From positions 24,477,175-24,541,174 of the forward strand of contig NC_092677.1 of NCBI RefSeq assembly GCF_964355755.1: a stretch of DNA of 64,000 bases, in the 5' to 3' direction. Below, piece after piece: positions 12,530 through 26,330 of this stretch (the stretch's first letter is position 1; each line of letters begins with the position of its first letter). The position numbers were made by a program, and so were the translations under genes. The stretch comes from Antedon mediterranea (lineage: Eukaryota; Animalia; Echinodermata). Under the pieces are notes generated by a model, which saw only the letters and a program-made list of their open reading frames with translations, ran no database searches and was not told the DNA's origin.

Positions 12530-14350
12530 CTAAATAGACCATCAACAATCTTTAAATATTACATTATATTATATTCGAGATATATTTCTGTGAGGTTTTT
12601 GTCTACATATTGTTCAACGTTCTCATCAAAAACTACAGTAAAGGAGCGGACTAAAACAAATTTCTATAGACCACCATTTTGTGTAAGCCTATTTAGGTAA
12701 AGTAGGCTAACAAATACAGTTATGTTTACAGTGTTTAACGGTTTTGGGGTTTGAATATAATCAAATGGGGAGACTAACAATTATCGTACGTGTCAACTGT
12801 TTCATTGTACTGTTCTCCATAGAAAGCCCTATTGTCAAAAATTGTTTATTAATTTGCATTGAAGCACAATGTACACGTATGTAATTAGTAGTTTAAAAGC
12901 TGGTAGATGTTATACTAATTTTAGTGTACTGTAGGCCAACCGTGGATTACATTGTATACATGGACATTATAAGTATGGCTATTTCATAAGTACGCAAAGT
13001 TCGAGTACATTATTACTTCTGGATGTCAAGTCAAGTGTTTCTGTAAAAATACGGCACAGGGAGGACTGATTGATCTAAAGTTTCTATTAAAAGACATAGG
13101 TAAGTTCATAAAATGTTTATAAATGGTTAGTACGAGACAATGCTTAAAATATTGTTAACTAAGGTTAAGCTAAACCACTCTAGACCACTGAATATGTATC
13201 ACAGGCACGTGTTAATGTCTGCAATTATTAAAAAGTTGCCAGAGTTCTTTGCTTGCAATTACTGTAATCAATTTTCTATAAATATAGACCACTCCTAACA
13301 AAATCACGAAATGCATTGTGGGCAGTATGGCGCGCCATGGCGGTGTGCATTGTGGACCTGCTCGCGTACATAAGTTGGCGACCCCTCATGAAACGTCACA
13401 AAATAAACATGAATATTCATTAGTCATATCCATAAGGTGTGACGTAAGAATTGAGCTAACAACAACTTCTGTACGAAAAATGAAATCGCGACCTGGTCAC
13501 AGTGGGCCATAATCGGAATCATTATTCTATGAATATAATTGTACCTTTGAAATCGCATCAAGTTTGCGAGATGCATCGTGGTGGGCGGTATGAGATGTGA
13601 ATTGTTGAATTGCTCATATACCGTATGTAATTGTATAAAACAGACTATTCACGTCAAGTTTGGGTGGTATGGGATTGCGGAACAGTGATGGGTAGATGCA
13701 ACTAAATTTGGAGTTCGTTATTTAGATTATTAGTGGGTCTTTTAGTCAGAAATACAATCAGATATTACCACCAAATGTGTATGGCATTTTTAAGTAGGTA
13801 TGTAGGCCTAGGTGTACCACAGTTGATTTTATCTAAGTATTTTATCTTGTATTTCTTGTGATAAACAAAATGGTAATCACTAGCAGGTACGATGATGATG
13901 GTTTGAATTTACGGTAATTCATTCATGCCTTAAAAAATACATAATCAAACATTAGGATGTATTGTCCAGCAAAACATGAAAAAAGTGAATACTTATTATG
14001 CGACATTAAAATGGCCTATTCAACAAAATCATTTTTTTTTTATTGTTTTTTTTGACGGAGAAATAAATGTCTTTAAAGTATAATGATGATGGTGATAATG
14101 ATGCCAATGACGTCATGATAATGAAGGATTAATGTTCATAGATTAGATTAACATTATTTTGAAATCAGCGAAAAGGGCAATTCGTGCAATCCCGTTATTA
14201 AAACATATAGGTGCTAAGTAGTTTAATTTTGACCTTGTAACCAAAATAAAGGAAAAAATTATATAATTATTATTATATATAAAATCTAAGGAAAATTACA
14301 TAATACATTAAACCATAAGACCGGTGTGGCACGGTTGAAGGTTGATAAAG
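12530..14350 (+). promoter_or_regulatory. Duplicated NLR 5' module (putative promoter, non-coding exon 1 and start of intron 1), copy 1
   Basis: Colinear with 54190-56050 and 14380-15500 (e.g. aaaactacagtaaaggagcgga, attgcattgaagca, caattcgtgcaatcccgttat). Splice donor ag|gtaagt at 13100. Promoter function is inferred from its position upstream of the NLR copies. Confidence 0.55.
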
Positions 14351-14379
14351 GGTAACATTTAAAAAGAATATGTTTTCAA

Positions 14380-15500
14380 AAAAGACCGTCAACAACCGTA
14401 AAATATTACATTATAATCGTACGAGTTATTTTTCTATTTACACATATCGTCTCAATTATACAGTGCAACAAAGGAGCAGATGAAACGAATTTATATAAAA
14501 TCACCATTTTTGGAAACCTATGGTAAAGAAAACAAATAGGCCTACAGTGAGCTACGTTTTACAATGTCTCTATTTAAGGGTTTGGATATAATAATATAGA
14601 GACCTTTAGAATTATTGTACGTGTCAACAGTTTCATTGTACTATTATCAATAGAAAGACCTATTTTCAAAAACATTTTTATTAAATTGCATTGAAGCACA
14701 ACGTATGTAAGGAATGGTTATTTATTTATTTCTTTATTCTGATATAAAAATCAAATAGGATAAATACACAAAAAAGTACCGAGACGGCAAACTTATTTCC
14801 ATTGTGGTTTATATATTAGTGTAGTGTAGGGTGACTGTATACAGAGAAATAGTAGGAGATCTGCTGAATTTCAGGTCAAGTGTTGCTGTAGAAATACAAT
14901 ACAACGAAATAGGATTAGTATAGGCTCACTGGATAGATTTCAAATAGGATTAGTATAGGCTCTCTGGTTAGATTCCAAATAGGATTAGTATAGGCTCACT
15001 GGTTAGATTCCAAATAGGATCAGTATAGGCTCACTGGATATATTACAAATAGGATTAGTATAGGCTCACTGGTTAGATTCCAAATAGGATTAGTATAGGC
15101 TCACTGGATAGATTTCAAATAGGATTAGTATAGGCTCACTGGTTAGATAACAAATAGGATTAGTATAGGCTCACTGGTTAGATTACAAATAGGATCAGTA
15201 TAGGCTCACTGGTTAGATTACAAATAGGATCAGTATAGGCTCACTGGTTAGATTCCAAAATAAAGGCACAGGTAAGATTTTTATACGAAGTTTATATGAG
15301 TTTAATAGTTAAAATATGTATTGATAATAATCGTATAAAAAGTATAATCTTAAGATCTATAAAATAATGTTTATTACTTGCAATGAATCATTATCAAATG
15401 AGTATAAATAATATGTAGATACAAATAATATACTGTGTACATAAACCACGTCATGTTTGCGAAATGCATTGTGGGTTGTAGGCCTATGGATTCCATTGCT
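14380..15500 (+). promoter_or_regulatory. Duplicated NLR 5' module, copy 2 (contains the 35-bp minisatellite)
   Basis: Colinear with 12530-13330. Donor ag|gtaaga at 15272 is at the position homologous to the 13100 donor. Confidence 0.55.
14906..15256. repeat. 35-bp minisatellite, 10 copies
   Basis: Unit caaataggattagtataggctcactggttagattc; aaataggat recurs at 14907, 14942 ... 15222 (period 35). Confidence 0.97.
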
Positions 15501-16785
15501 GTTAAAGACTATTGCCTGAGGGCGTTTCCCTCCAGATATTAATATTATTGAGGGATTTTATCCAGAAATCCGATCTTTCAGGGAAGTTGATAATTATACC
15601 CGTTCCTGAATTATCAATGCACGTACGATACCCTGATTTATCGAGTTTTAAGTTAGAGTTGTTGGGGCTAAAATGGGCAGTGGTGGATAAATTCGTTTCA
15701 TACATTCAGGGTTCAAAGGTTACCATTAAATAAATTTAGTTTCTGAGCCGATTGTTTGTGAACATTGGCTATTATTTGAAACGAAAATTTCGAAAAATGG
15801 CAGATGACAAAGCTAAACACAAATTCAACATAGGCCTTTATACAGTAACAAACGAATAGTTTTATTGTAGCTTAGACCTAACCCCATAATAGTTATTTTT
15901 AATTATTAAGTACTAGTTTCATTAACATTAAATTAATTGACAGCAGACTAAAAGTTTAGTGCAAGATTTTTTTTCTTTTCAATTTTTGGTGTGATTCAGG
16001 TGTGAACGATTGTGTTAGTAGGTGTGTATAAAGTCGTTGGAAAGACAGTGAGATGAGTAAGAATCGTCATTTAAAAAAATCGAATTTTGTAATAAACAAT
16101 TGTTAGGTTCAAATTCAAATCATTTATTTACTTTCTTTTAATAGTTAAACAATGGAATAAATAAGAAAAGAGACAATAACAATAAATCTGCGGGGGGGGG
16201 GGGGGGGGCTGTGAGAAGAAAAATAAAGGATCCCAGAAAGATGTAGTATCCTGAGCCGGCTCTGCCTGGGACACAAAAAGAAGGGAAATATAATATAATT
16301 TCAATAATGATTGAATGTGATCCAGGCTTGGGCATTTAATGAGCAGATACTTTGTATTTTGCTTACTGTAACAATATTATTAACTTTTTAATATTAATAT
16401 ATTTGATAACAACAATGATGATCATTACCGAATTAGTATGGCTAATGTTAATTTCCTTGTACCAGTTGATTTTACATTATTTACTGCAGCCGTCTAATTT
16501 ATAAGAAAATGAAATATAATATGTATTTCATTTTCTATAGCACCAGCCGTTTTGCCTACAGGCATTTAATACTCTCAACTGTAGAGTCCCATTATTTCAT
16601 ATTATAAATCGCAGGTAAGTTGATTTGACCTTGTAACAATAATACACATTGGGATTTTCAGTAATTCCTCTAAAATAATTCCTAAAAATAGACCCATACA
16701 ATTTCATAATTATGCATAACAATGTTACAGAAATGTGACTCTGATAGGCCCACATGATCTATTTTAACAGTGACTATTTGGGACG

Positions 16786-17285
16786 ATGGAAAGAGCCAGG
16801 AAATGGAAACGTAAAAGGTAAGAATAATAACATAACATTCATGCAACTAGAAATAGTTACAGATTATTTGTTGAAGTTGAAGAACTACTGTATACCTCAG
16901 TATGCAAGCAATCGTGCGAAGTTAATCTCATTTCTTTTATTCATAACTTTCTTCATCTGGTCTTATTGATAAAAGTTTATTAGTGGAATGGAAAGAAGAA
17001 TTTATGAGTTGACACATTTAGGCCTACTGGCAGAGAAGCCAAGTTGAATACTTATGTAAGCTTGTAGCGAATGGAATTATTCTTTCCGAATAGAAAACAT
17101 TTATTATTTTGTTTTATAACAATCTATTTTTGTAGATTAAATTAACATTCTTAAATACTTATTCGTTCCACGGTTTGAAAAGAAAAATACAGTCATTCTA
17201 CGAGTCAAACCATCGGTTTTAGTAGATAAACACATACAAAAAAAAAGGAAAATTACATCTATATTAAGTGAGAGAGTTTGTACGT

Positions 17286-17317
<32 letters not shown>

Positions 17318-20300
17318 TTGTTATATACAAATTGTTGTTACTGCACGTAATCTTACATATGGGGTATCAAAATTACCGCAATTGTACCGGGAATGTTCTA
17401 AGCTATATTTCAACAACATCCGCCACCTAGGATCCAAGTTAGGGACCAAAATGTGGTCAAAACCCCCACTTTCGATGTTTGTTCGTTATACAAATTTCTG
17501 TTTCTGCACGTAAACATACATATGGGGTATCAAAATGATGGCAGTTGTACCCTTGAAACTGTATTTGGAATGTTTTAAACTACATTTGAAAACTACCACT
17601 GAGGGATTATGGGTTGGAAGTGATAATAACATAATTTGTACTGGAACTGGCTTCAACACATCACCCAGTGTATCTGGGGTGTGTTTGTAGGGGGAGGAGA
17701 GCGAAAATACTAGCGTAATGAAGTAGCCTATATGATTGGATTGTACTAGGAAAATTTACTATATTTGAACTGTCCAGGGGAGGAGTTAAGGTTTGTTGAT
17801 GGTGGCTGGGGTGGTGAAAGGAGAAAGAAGGCTGGGGGACCGCAGTATCTAAATTACATATTTTAATTATCAGCCAATATGACACCTATTCATTTACACA
17901 ATTTACAACGTACTTCAACCATTATTAGACCCATCATAGCTATGCATACTCATCTCAATTTGAAGCTTAGGTTGAATTGAATTTGTCCATCACTGGGAAG
18001 AATTTGTTTTTAAGAAAGAGTATGGGATCTTATTGAAGAGGGGTGGAGGTTGGTGAGTATAGACAGATACTGGCGTCGGGTGTTATGTACTGAAAAGGCT
18101 GTAAACTAATTTTGAAACCCGCCCTGGGGCGGGTATAATTGCTAGTTTGTATTATAAGTGAGAGGGTTTGTACGTCTGTCTGTGTGTTTGTCTGTTTGTT
18201 CGTTATACAAATTTTTGTTACTGCACATAATCTTACATATTGGGTATCAAAATGACCGCAATTATACCGGGAATGTTCTAAGCTATATTTCAACATCATC
18301 CGCCACCTAGGATCCAAGTTAGGGACCAAAATGTGGTAAAACCCCCACTTTCGATGTTTGTTCGTTATACAAATTTCTGTTTCTGCACGTAACCATACGT
18401 ATGAGGTATCAAAATGATGGCAATTGTACCCGGAAGGTTTTAAACTACATTAAAAAAAATCCCTCGACTCCTGGGGTTTTTGTGGGAGGGGGAGGGGGTG
18501 GTTTGTGATGTCATTTTTGCTTGGGCTCGGGGTTGTAGGCTATCGAATTGTAAAATTATACTACAAATGTTTTACAGTATTTGAATTATACTTAGGAAGG
18601 CGTTTGGGGAAATATAGATATAGATATACATATTTTAATCATTAACCAATATGACACCAATTCATTTACATATTTAGCAAAGTACTTTAACCATATCCAG
18701 CTACGTATCGGTCTCTTGGATATCCATTCCTGTGTTAACATATACACGTTCTTTACTGTTACTGTGTTCTATTACTATATTTGTACATCATCTGCCATCT
18801 AGGATCCAAGTTAGGGGTCACAATGTGGTCAAAATGGGCCACTTTCGATGTTTGTTTGTTATACAAATTTCTGTTTCTGCATGTAAGAAGATGTTAAAGT
18901 ATTTTAATTATCCCTGGAAAGTGGCTGTGAGTTTGGGGTGAGGATGTATAGAGGCCTATCACCAAGACCGAAACAGTATTGGGAATGTTTTAAACTACTT
19001 TCGAAAACAGCCACTGAGGGATTATGGGTTAGGAGTGATGGCTAACATAATTTTTACTGGAACCTTCTTAAACATATCACCCAGTATCTTGGGGGAGGAG
19101 GAGGACTCAAAATACTGGCGTAATGGAGTAGCCTATATGATTTGAATTGTAATACGAAAGTTACTACATTTGAACTGTCCAGAGGAGGAGTTACGGTTTG
19201 TTGATTGTGGCTTGGATGGTGAGAGGAGAATGAAGGCTAGGGGGCAGTATAAAAATTAGATATTTTAATTATCAGCCAATATGACACCTATTTATTTACA
19301 CAGTTTACAACGTACTTAAACCATATCGTAGCTATGTATACCCTCTCAATTTGAAGTTGAATTGAATTTGTACTGAGAAGAATTTGTTTTTAGAAAGGAG
19401 TGTGGGGTGTTATTGAAGAGGGGTGGGGGTTGGTGAGTATGGGAGGTAGGCCTACTGGCGTCGGGTGTTATTTACTAAGAAGGTTTTAAACTAATTTTAA
19501 AACCCGCCCAGGGCGGGTATAATTGCTAGTCTATATTATAAGTGAGAGGGGTTGTACGTCTGTATGTCTGTTTGTTCGTTATACAAATTTTTGTTACTGC
19601 ACGTAATCTTACATATGGGGTATCAAAATGACCGCAATTGAACCGGGAATGTTCTAAGCTATATTTGAACATCATCCGCCACCTAGGATCCAAGTTAGGG
19701 ACCAAAATGTGGTCAAAACCCCCCACTTTCGATGTTTGTTCGTTATACAAAGGGGATAGTGGGGATTTTGCTTAGGCTAGGAATAGTAGGCTATCAAATT
19801 GACCAGAATTGTAGATGGAAAATGTTACAGTATTTAATTAATTCCTGAGAAACGGCCACTGAGGGATTATGGGTTGGGAGTGATGGCTAACCTAATTTGT
19901 ACTGGAACCGTCTAACAAACATCACCCGGTTTCTGGGGTGTGTTGGGAGGAGGAGCAAAAATACTGGCGTAATGAAGTAGCCTAGGCCTATATGATTGAA
20001 TTGTACAACGAAAACTTACTAGGCCTACATTTGAACTGTCCAGGGGAAGAGGTAAGGTTTGTTGATTGCGGCTGCGATGGTGAGAGGAGAAAGAAGGCCG
20101 GGGGACCACAGTATCAACATTATATATTTCAATTATCAGCCAATATGACACCTACTCATTTACACAGTTTACAACGTACTTAAGCCATAGGCCCATCAAA
20201 GCTATGTATGCCCTCTCAATTTGAAGCTAAAGTTTAATTGAATTTGTCCTCCACTGGAAAGAGTGTGGGGTGTTATTGTGGGGTGTTATTAAGGGGTGGG

Positions 20301-22898
20301 GGTTGGTGCGTATACGGAGATACTGGCGTCGGGTGTTATGTACCGAGAAGGCTTTAAGCTAATTTTGAAATTTTTGGGGCGGGTATAATTGCTAGTATAC
20401 AATATATGGGTTTATACTAAAAAAGAAAAGGATGCCACCAGTTATTTATTTATTGTTTAACGGAGCTGCACCACATGTTAACCTCACGCGGCATTACAAA
20501 TACATACCGCAATATTTTGCAATACAATAATCATCGCAAAAAAGTGCTTTGCTTATAAGTATGAAAAAGTAATATGTAAAAATGCAATTTAAACTATATA
20601 TTCCAATAAGTTAAATCAGGGAAGAGTTAAATTATGAACTCTTCCCTGGTTAAATAATATTAATATTTTAATTTTACAGTAATGCTGATTATAGGCTTAG
20701 AGACTTTTGTCAAGAATTCAGTAATGCTTATCCAGGGAATAAAAGACACGAGTTAAGATTTCTTTTACATGATCATCTACCGGTTGGTGTATTGGCAAAT
20801 GAACACTACACGGGAATGGATTTATTTAATGAACTTAAGGATAAAGGCAAAATCTCATACGAGGATGTTAAAATAATGTCAGAAATTGCAGAGGTGTCAG
20901 CAAATGCCAAAGCAAAAGACAGTGTAAAGAAATATAAACGAGACGTCAGTAAACAGTATGACAATACCGGTCCGTGTAAAGCAAGTTTGTCTTCAAAGCG
21001 TAAAAAATTTTATAACGCTATGAGTGAAATCACGGAAGATGCCGAAGGTGATTTGCACAACTTGATTGCGTACTACAAATTGGCTCCACGTGGATTTAAA
21101 AATAAATGGGATTTAGTATTTCATCTAGAGAAAGAACATCAATTAAACACAAAGCTGCAATTGGTAAAATTTGCCAATCTGTTGAATGTAGGTGCAAATA
21201 GAATATTATTGAGTAAGTATTCAAAACTATACTACTGTAAAATTATTTCCACATGTCATTTGTTGTTGTCTCCACTATACTGCTATATGTCTGAAACAAA
21301 TACTTATTAATAGAAGAGACGTACTTAAGTACTAGAGTTGTCTCGCACTAGTGATCATGACTGTGTTCTTAACAGTACGTAAACCCAGAAAAGGGTAGAG
21401 CTTTCTGACATTTCGACAATGAAAGTTTTAAGTCTGATCTAGCGGGTGCACCCGCTTCTAAAACCCTCTTCCGGCTCTATTATTTTAATTCTATTTTTTA
21501 TCAAATCAAAATCACACTGCAACCTATGAAACAAGTCTATTCATTTTGTCTCTTCGACAGAAAGCTAAATATCTCAAAGGCAAACGTAGGACTTCATCTA
21601 CTCTCTATTGCAAATTTTATCGCTCAATTTGGCATCGTGGTCTATTGCAATAACTCAATAAATTTGCAATCGAGTGACCAGCTACATTATAATTTTCGGC
21701 TACAGGTTGATAAAGCTTTAATGTTTTGATCGCTGCCATTCTCATCATACGGAGTGTTTTCTTGGTTTCTCCCATGTACTGTTTTACACACACGTAAACG
21801 GTGGTTGCCCAAAGAACACGTATACCATTACGATAACAAGTTGGGTTGTTATTTCATTTCCTATGCATATAGTCAATTAAATCTCTACTAAAAAAAAAAA
21901 AAAAAATATTCTTTATTGGTTTATTATATTATTGTACAGGTAGACCACAAGTTCGTAAGAATAAAATTGAAGACTTTAAATTATATATACCTTCAAATAC
22001 AAAAACAGGTATGTTAGACATTTTTTTGACTGACCATATCAAGTAACCTAAACTGATATAAATCAATTGCAGTGTGGATTTAGGGCCAGTTTAATGGGGC
22101 TTTAAATATTAAAATGAATTAAATACCTAAAAATATTTCACGTTAGTCTAGTAATAAATATTATGTTTTTCTGCAAATTTCGTCATTATTATTGATTATG
22201 CTGAATTTGATTTCGTTACTGTAGCCCTTTTTATCGATTTTGGCAACATTCAACAGCAAGGACGCGTTCATTTCAGTTGAAGCAAACTCATGAGTTTTTA
22301 ACCAAGTTTTCTTACATGAGTCCAACATAGTATTGGCCGTGAGAAAATCCATGGACAGATAAACGCCATATAACCGCCAAACAATTCAGTATAACTACCA
22401 AAAAAAATTGATGTTTTTGTTTCTGTATTTCTTTTTGTATATGTACATTTAATGGCTTGTAGGTTTTATAATAATCTCCTAATTCATTCGTTTTAAAGTC
22501 AACTCCATTATTATACATCGCCTGAGACTAACATGCAGTATAGGGTTTGTAATGTAAAAACAACAATTGTAATAATGTCAATCATAATAGCAAATTACAA
22601 CTTTTTCTTAATTTCCCTTTTGTTTCTTTATAGCATTGATTTGTTGTTGTTTTCGTAATCTTGGTTCTAGACTGTATTTCAACTTAATAATAGAAAAAAT
22701 ATAAATATTTTGGTATACATGGCGTTTCATACGTATTATAGTTGAGTTAGAAATATGTATTTAAATTTCCAGGAAAAAATCGAAACATCGGCTGGTGGAC
22801 AAACATAAAACAAAAAACACAGTCTACTGTTTGTATTGCTATCGTAGCTATCTTCATCATAGGCCTACTATATTGGTATATTTCCAGCAATCCAGAAG
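16786..22898 (+). CDS. NLR copy B 5' half: tandem death-effector domains, linker and transmembrane helix (its NACHT-LRR exon is lost)
   Basis: Exons 16786-16817 (MERARKWKRK, phase 2), 20680-21212 (two DED-like folds: ELRFLLHDHLP...GMDLFNELKDKGKISYEDVKIMSEI and SKRKKFYNAMSEI...KWDLVFHLEKEHQL), 21940-22008 and 22773-22898 (TVCIAIVAIFIIGLLYWYI). All GT-AG, phases compatible, 253 open codons. A probable non-coding exon lies at 16541-16614. The DED call is by-eye resemblance to the consensus. Confidence 0.8.
17258..20395 (+). mobile_element. Three head-to-tail non-autonomous Helitron units
   Basis: Units 17258-18145, 18146-19529 and 19530-20395. 5' TC follows A; each unit ends gggcgggtataattgCTAG (with a GC hairpin such as acccgccc-tg-gggcgggt in units 1-2), and the array is followed by T. 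No TSD; (GTCT)n near the 5' ends. Confidence 0.85.
20617..20648. mobile_element. 32-bp palindromic transposon remnant with 7-bp TSD (probable P-superfamily excision footprint)
   Basis: gttaaat CAGGGAAGAGTTAAATTATGAACTCTTCCCTG gttaaat. Confidence 0.7.
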
Positions 22899-23339
22899 GT
22901 AAGTGGTATTTCAATCCAAGAGGACCTGACATGGAACAGAAGGAATCTACTTTCTGAAGCCTAGAAGCACCCAAGCACAAAGAGCGTATGGTCAATCGAT
23001 GGAAAGGTGATTGCGACAGTAGTCAGAAATGACAGGGAAGTAAAATTAGCCATTCTTACATTGGCTGAAGTAAACAATCTATAATAATTATGTTATTAAA
23101 TCCAAAGAGAGATATACGATGGTTATGCACGGAAATTTACAATACCATTTATAACTGTTTGTAATTTAATTTTTAAAAGAAATGTATTATCATTAGGTAT
23201 ATTCACTAAGCACGATTTTGAAATTGAAACTAATGTGACCTCGATTATTATACCGTTAGCATCACTTTTCGATAATTCTTTGTTTCTTTTTATTTTTTCT
23301 TTTCTTCACATTCTTAACAAAACAAATGAACAACATAGA

Positions 23340-25840
23340 AAATGAAATTAATATCTTTAATGTCAAGCATTCAGTTCAAAATGCATATAACTTTGATCAA
23401 AACTTTATGAATTATCGAGATAAAGCCTTTTCCGCTAAGCTTCACACGTTAATATTCGCTCCTTAAGTAAAAATTACGACAATCTCAATTTATTTTATGA
23501 AACTTGTATTAAATATAAATTTAATATTATTGGTATTTCAGAGGTATGGAATATTTCCCAACCTGAGCTTTACCGGCTACAGAATTATAATTTAGAAGTT
23601 GTATGTCGAGAGGATTCTCGTGGGGGCGGCGTAGGTGCCTACATTCATTCTTCTTTAAATTATAAACTTGTAAAAGCCAATGTTACCCATGCTGAGTCCT
23701 TGTGGTTAAAAGTTGCAAATAGTTATAATTCTGAAATCCTTGTAGGTACCGAAAACCAAATACTAATATTAAAGAATTTCAAGACAGTCTTATTCATACA
23801 TTAAAGGAAAATAACATTGATAAAATGGACTGTATTCTCTTAGGGGATTTTAATTTGGATGCAAATGACAACAACACACTTCATAATAACTTTTTCTCAA
23901 TAATGGATTGCATTTGCATGACTCAACTTATAAACAGTCCAACAAGAAAAACGCTTACTACTAGTACAATAATTGATCACATTTATACAAATATTCATAA
24001 ATTTAAAATACATTCCGGTACAATTTATACAGACATATCTGACCATTTTCCTATTTTCGCTGTTTTTGAAGATTTTACATTAGGCTAGGCCTAAGAATAA
24101 AAGATAAGCCAATAACTATAACAAACAGAAACTTATTAAAAATTATAAAGTTGAACATTTTATTTCTGAACTGGATTATTGTAATTGGCGTGAAGTGTAT
24201 GATACCAATGATACAACATACAGCCTATAATCATTGTAATGATATATTTCTGAATGTTTGTGATAAGCATGCCCCAATTACAACGCAAAATCCAAAGAAA
24301 CAACATGTGGATAAACCTTGGCTTTCCAAAGCAATCAAGACAAGCATAAACAAAAAGAACAAAATGTACTCAAAGTGTATAAAAAGAAATTTTAATCCAG
24401 AGATATTTTCACGCTATAAGAAATACAGAAATATATTAACAAGTGCAATCAGAAAGGCTAAAAAAATATATTACGGTAAACTGTTCAGAAATTGTAAAAA
24501 CGATAGTGGAAAAATATGGAACAATATAAACATGATAATTAAAGGATCTAACTCTAATGATCACGGAAATCCTCTCGATACACTCAGAGTGGTCTATGAC
24601 ATGGGTGAACAAATAAGTAACGGTCCAGAAAATTGTGCTTCAACTTTCAATAATTATTTTGTTAATATAGGGCCAAATTTAGCCAGCAAAATTAATGAAA
24701 ACTCGACACCACCTTCTGATTATTTACAAAATCTTGAAACGCCTGCTTTTTTTGTGAAACCAATTACACATTATGAAATTGAAAATCTAATTAAAAATAT
24801 AGATATAAAGAAGTCATCTGGTTATGATTTCATATCTGGGCGTCTAGTCAAAGACTCTGCTTCTCATATTAGTAGACCACTTGAGCATGTATTATTTATC
24901 ATTTATTAATGGGATCTTCCCAGATGCTCTGAAAATAGCAAAGGTGTATCCTATTTTTAAGAAGGGAGAAAAAGATGTTATAAAAAATTACAGGCCTATT
25001 TCTGTTCTACCGATTTTAGCCAAAATATTTGCAAAATTAGTTAATGTCCGAATGTTAGAATTTTTCGAAAAGCACCATATTCTCTATGATCACCAATATG
25101 GATTTAGGAAACATTACAGCACTACATTTTCTCTTGTAAATCTAGTAAATTCAATTATTAATAAAGTGGATGAAGGTAAAGTCACTATTGGAATCTTCAT
25201 TGACATGGCAAAGGCATTTGATACAATTGATCATAATATTTTACTTAACAAACTTCATTACTAAGAGGAATTTACCTGGATTGGTTTAAAAGTTATCTAA
25301 CAAACAGGAAACAGTTTGTAAATTATGGTGGATGCAACTCCACCGAAGAACGTATTACACATGGTGTGCCTCAGGGCTCTGTCCTGGGAACAACACTTTT
25401 TCTTTTGTTTATAAATGACTTACCAACTTCATCAACATTCTTTAATTTTCGATTATTTGCAGACGACTCAAATCTTTTTCACACATATGAGGGAAAACAC
25501 ACTAATATCAATCTTGATGAAATATCTTTTCAATTAAATAAAGTATTAAAGTGGTGCAACGCAAATAAGATAACAATAAACTCGTCCAAAACCAATTTCA
25601 TTATATTCCAAGGCAGGAGAAAAACAGTCACAACTAGGCCTATAGATAATATTATAATTGATAATAGGAAAATTGAAATATTATAGTTATACAGGGAGTA
25701 GAGCTAGATAGGCATGAAGTTGCATTTTCTCTTCTTCCTCTTTATCCAATTATTTAATTGTTTTATATATTATAATGTTATATTTATGTATTTGTTTTAA
25801 TTTTTTGGATGAATAAAGAAAGAAATAAAAAGAAAAATAA
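23340..25840 (+). mobile_element. Degenerate CR1/L2-group LINE (APE endonuclease + RT)
   Basis: ORF pieces with ILLGDFN, SPTR...IDHIY, ISDHFPIF, KPW, NYRPISVLP, QYGFR, DMAKAFDTIDH, PQGSVLG and FADD. Multiple frameshifts; A-rich tail near 25810-25840. Confidence 0.92.
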
Positions 25841-25864
25841 TAGTATTATATATAATATTATTAT

Positions 25865-26017
25865 ATGTTGAAGAAAACTTTTGCAAATGTTTGATTTGAA
25901 TTATATAGAACTATCCTCAATTAATGGTACACTAACTAAAAAGTACACTAGCCAACATCTTTCTATGTGTAATTGCAATTCAGTAGGAATCACTATTTCT
26001 AATATGCTAATTGCACA
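25865..26017 (+). pseudogene. Remnant of an NLR LRR exon (probably the lost 3' exon of copy B)
   Basis: atgttgaagaaaacttttgcaaa, gaactatcctcaattaatgg, actagccaacat and catctttctatgtgtaattgcaattcagtaggaatcactatttctaatatgcta match the LRR repeat of ORF 48374-52588 (MLKETVAK, DLSSING, HLSMNDCNLVGSTISDML), with internal deletions. Confidence 0.75.
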
Positions 26018-26330
26018 TTAATAAGATAAGATAAATCTTTATGGTGGCGGACTGATCCATTATCCGACGGGGGTGTGAGTGAGTTTATGTTGTTAATGTT
26101 CTTCTTATCGTAAGGTTTGCCTCTCGTCGGAGAGAGAGGCTTATGTCGGTTTATCCAGGTAAGCGGCACTCATATGACTACCAACACCACTGTTGGTTTG
26201 TGTATGTAAACAGATGATGAAACAAACATTGTTAATATAATAATATATATAGTGTATAGTGAAAAATATATGTAAAGAGAACATTTGTATGGAAATAAAA
26301 GTGGGATGACCCCACATAAGATAAAAAAAA

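Noticed and set aside
14906-15256. 35-bp periodic repeat resembling a CRISPR array
   Set aside because: The units are contiguous with no unique spacers, there are no cas genes and the context is eukaryotic; it is a minisatellite.
17268-20183. Several mutually similar short ORFs
   Set aside because: They derive from the repeated non-autonomous Helitron units and have no protein motifs.
21213-21310. C-terminal part of ORF 20792-21310
   Set aside because: Read-through past the a|gtaagt donor at 21213; paralog homology fades there.
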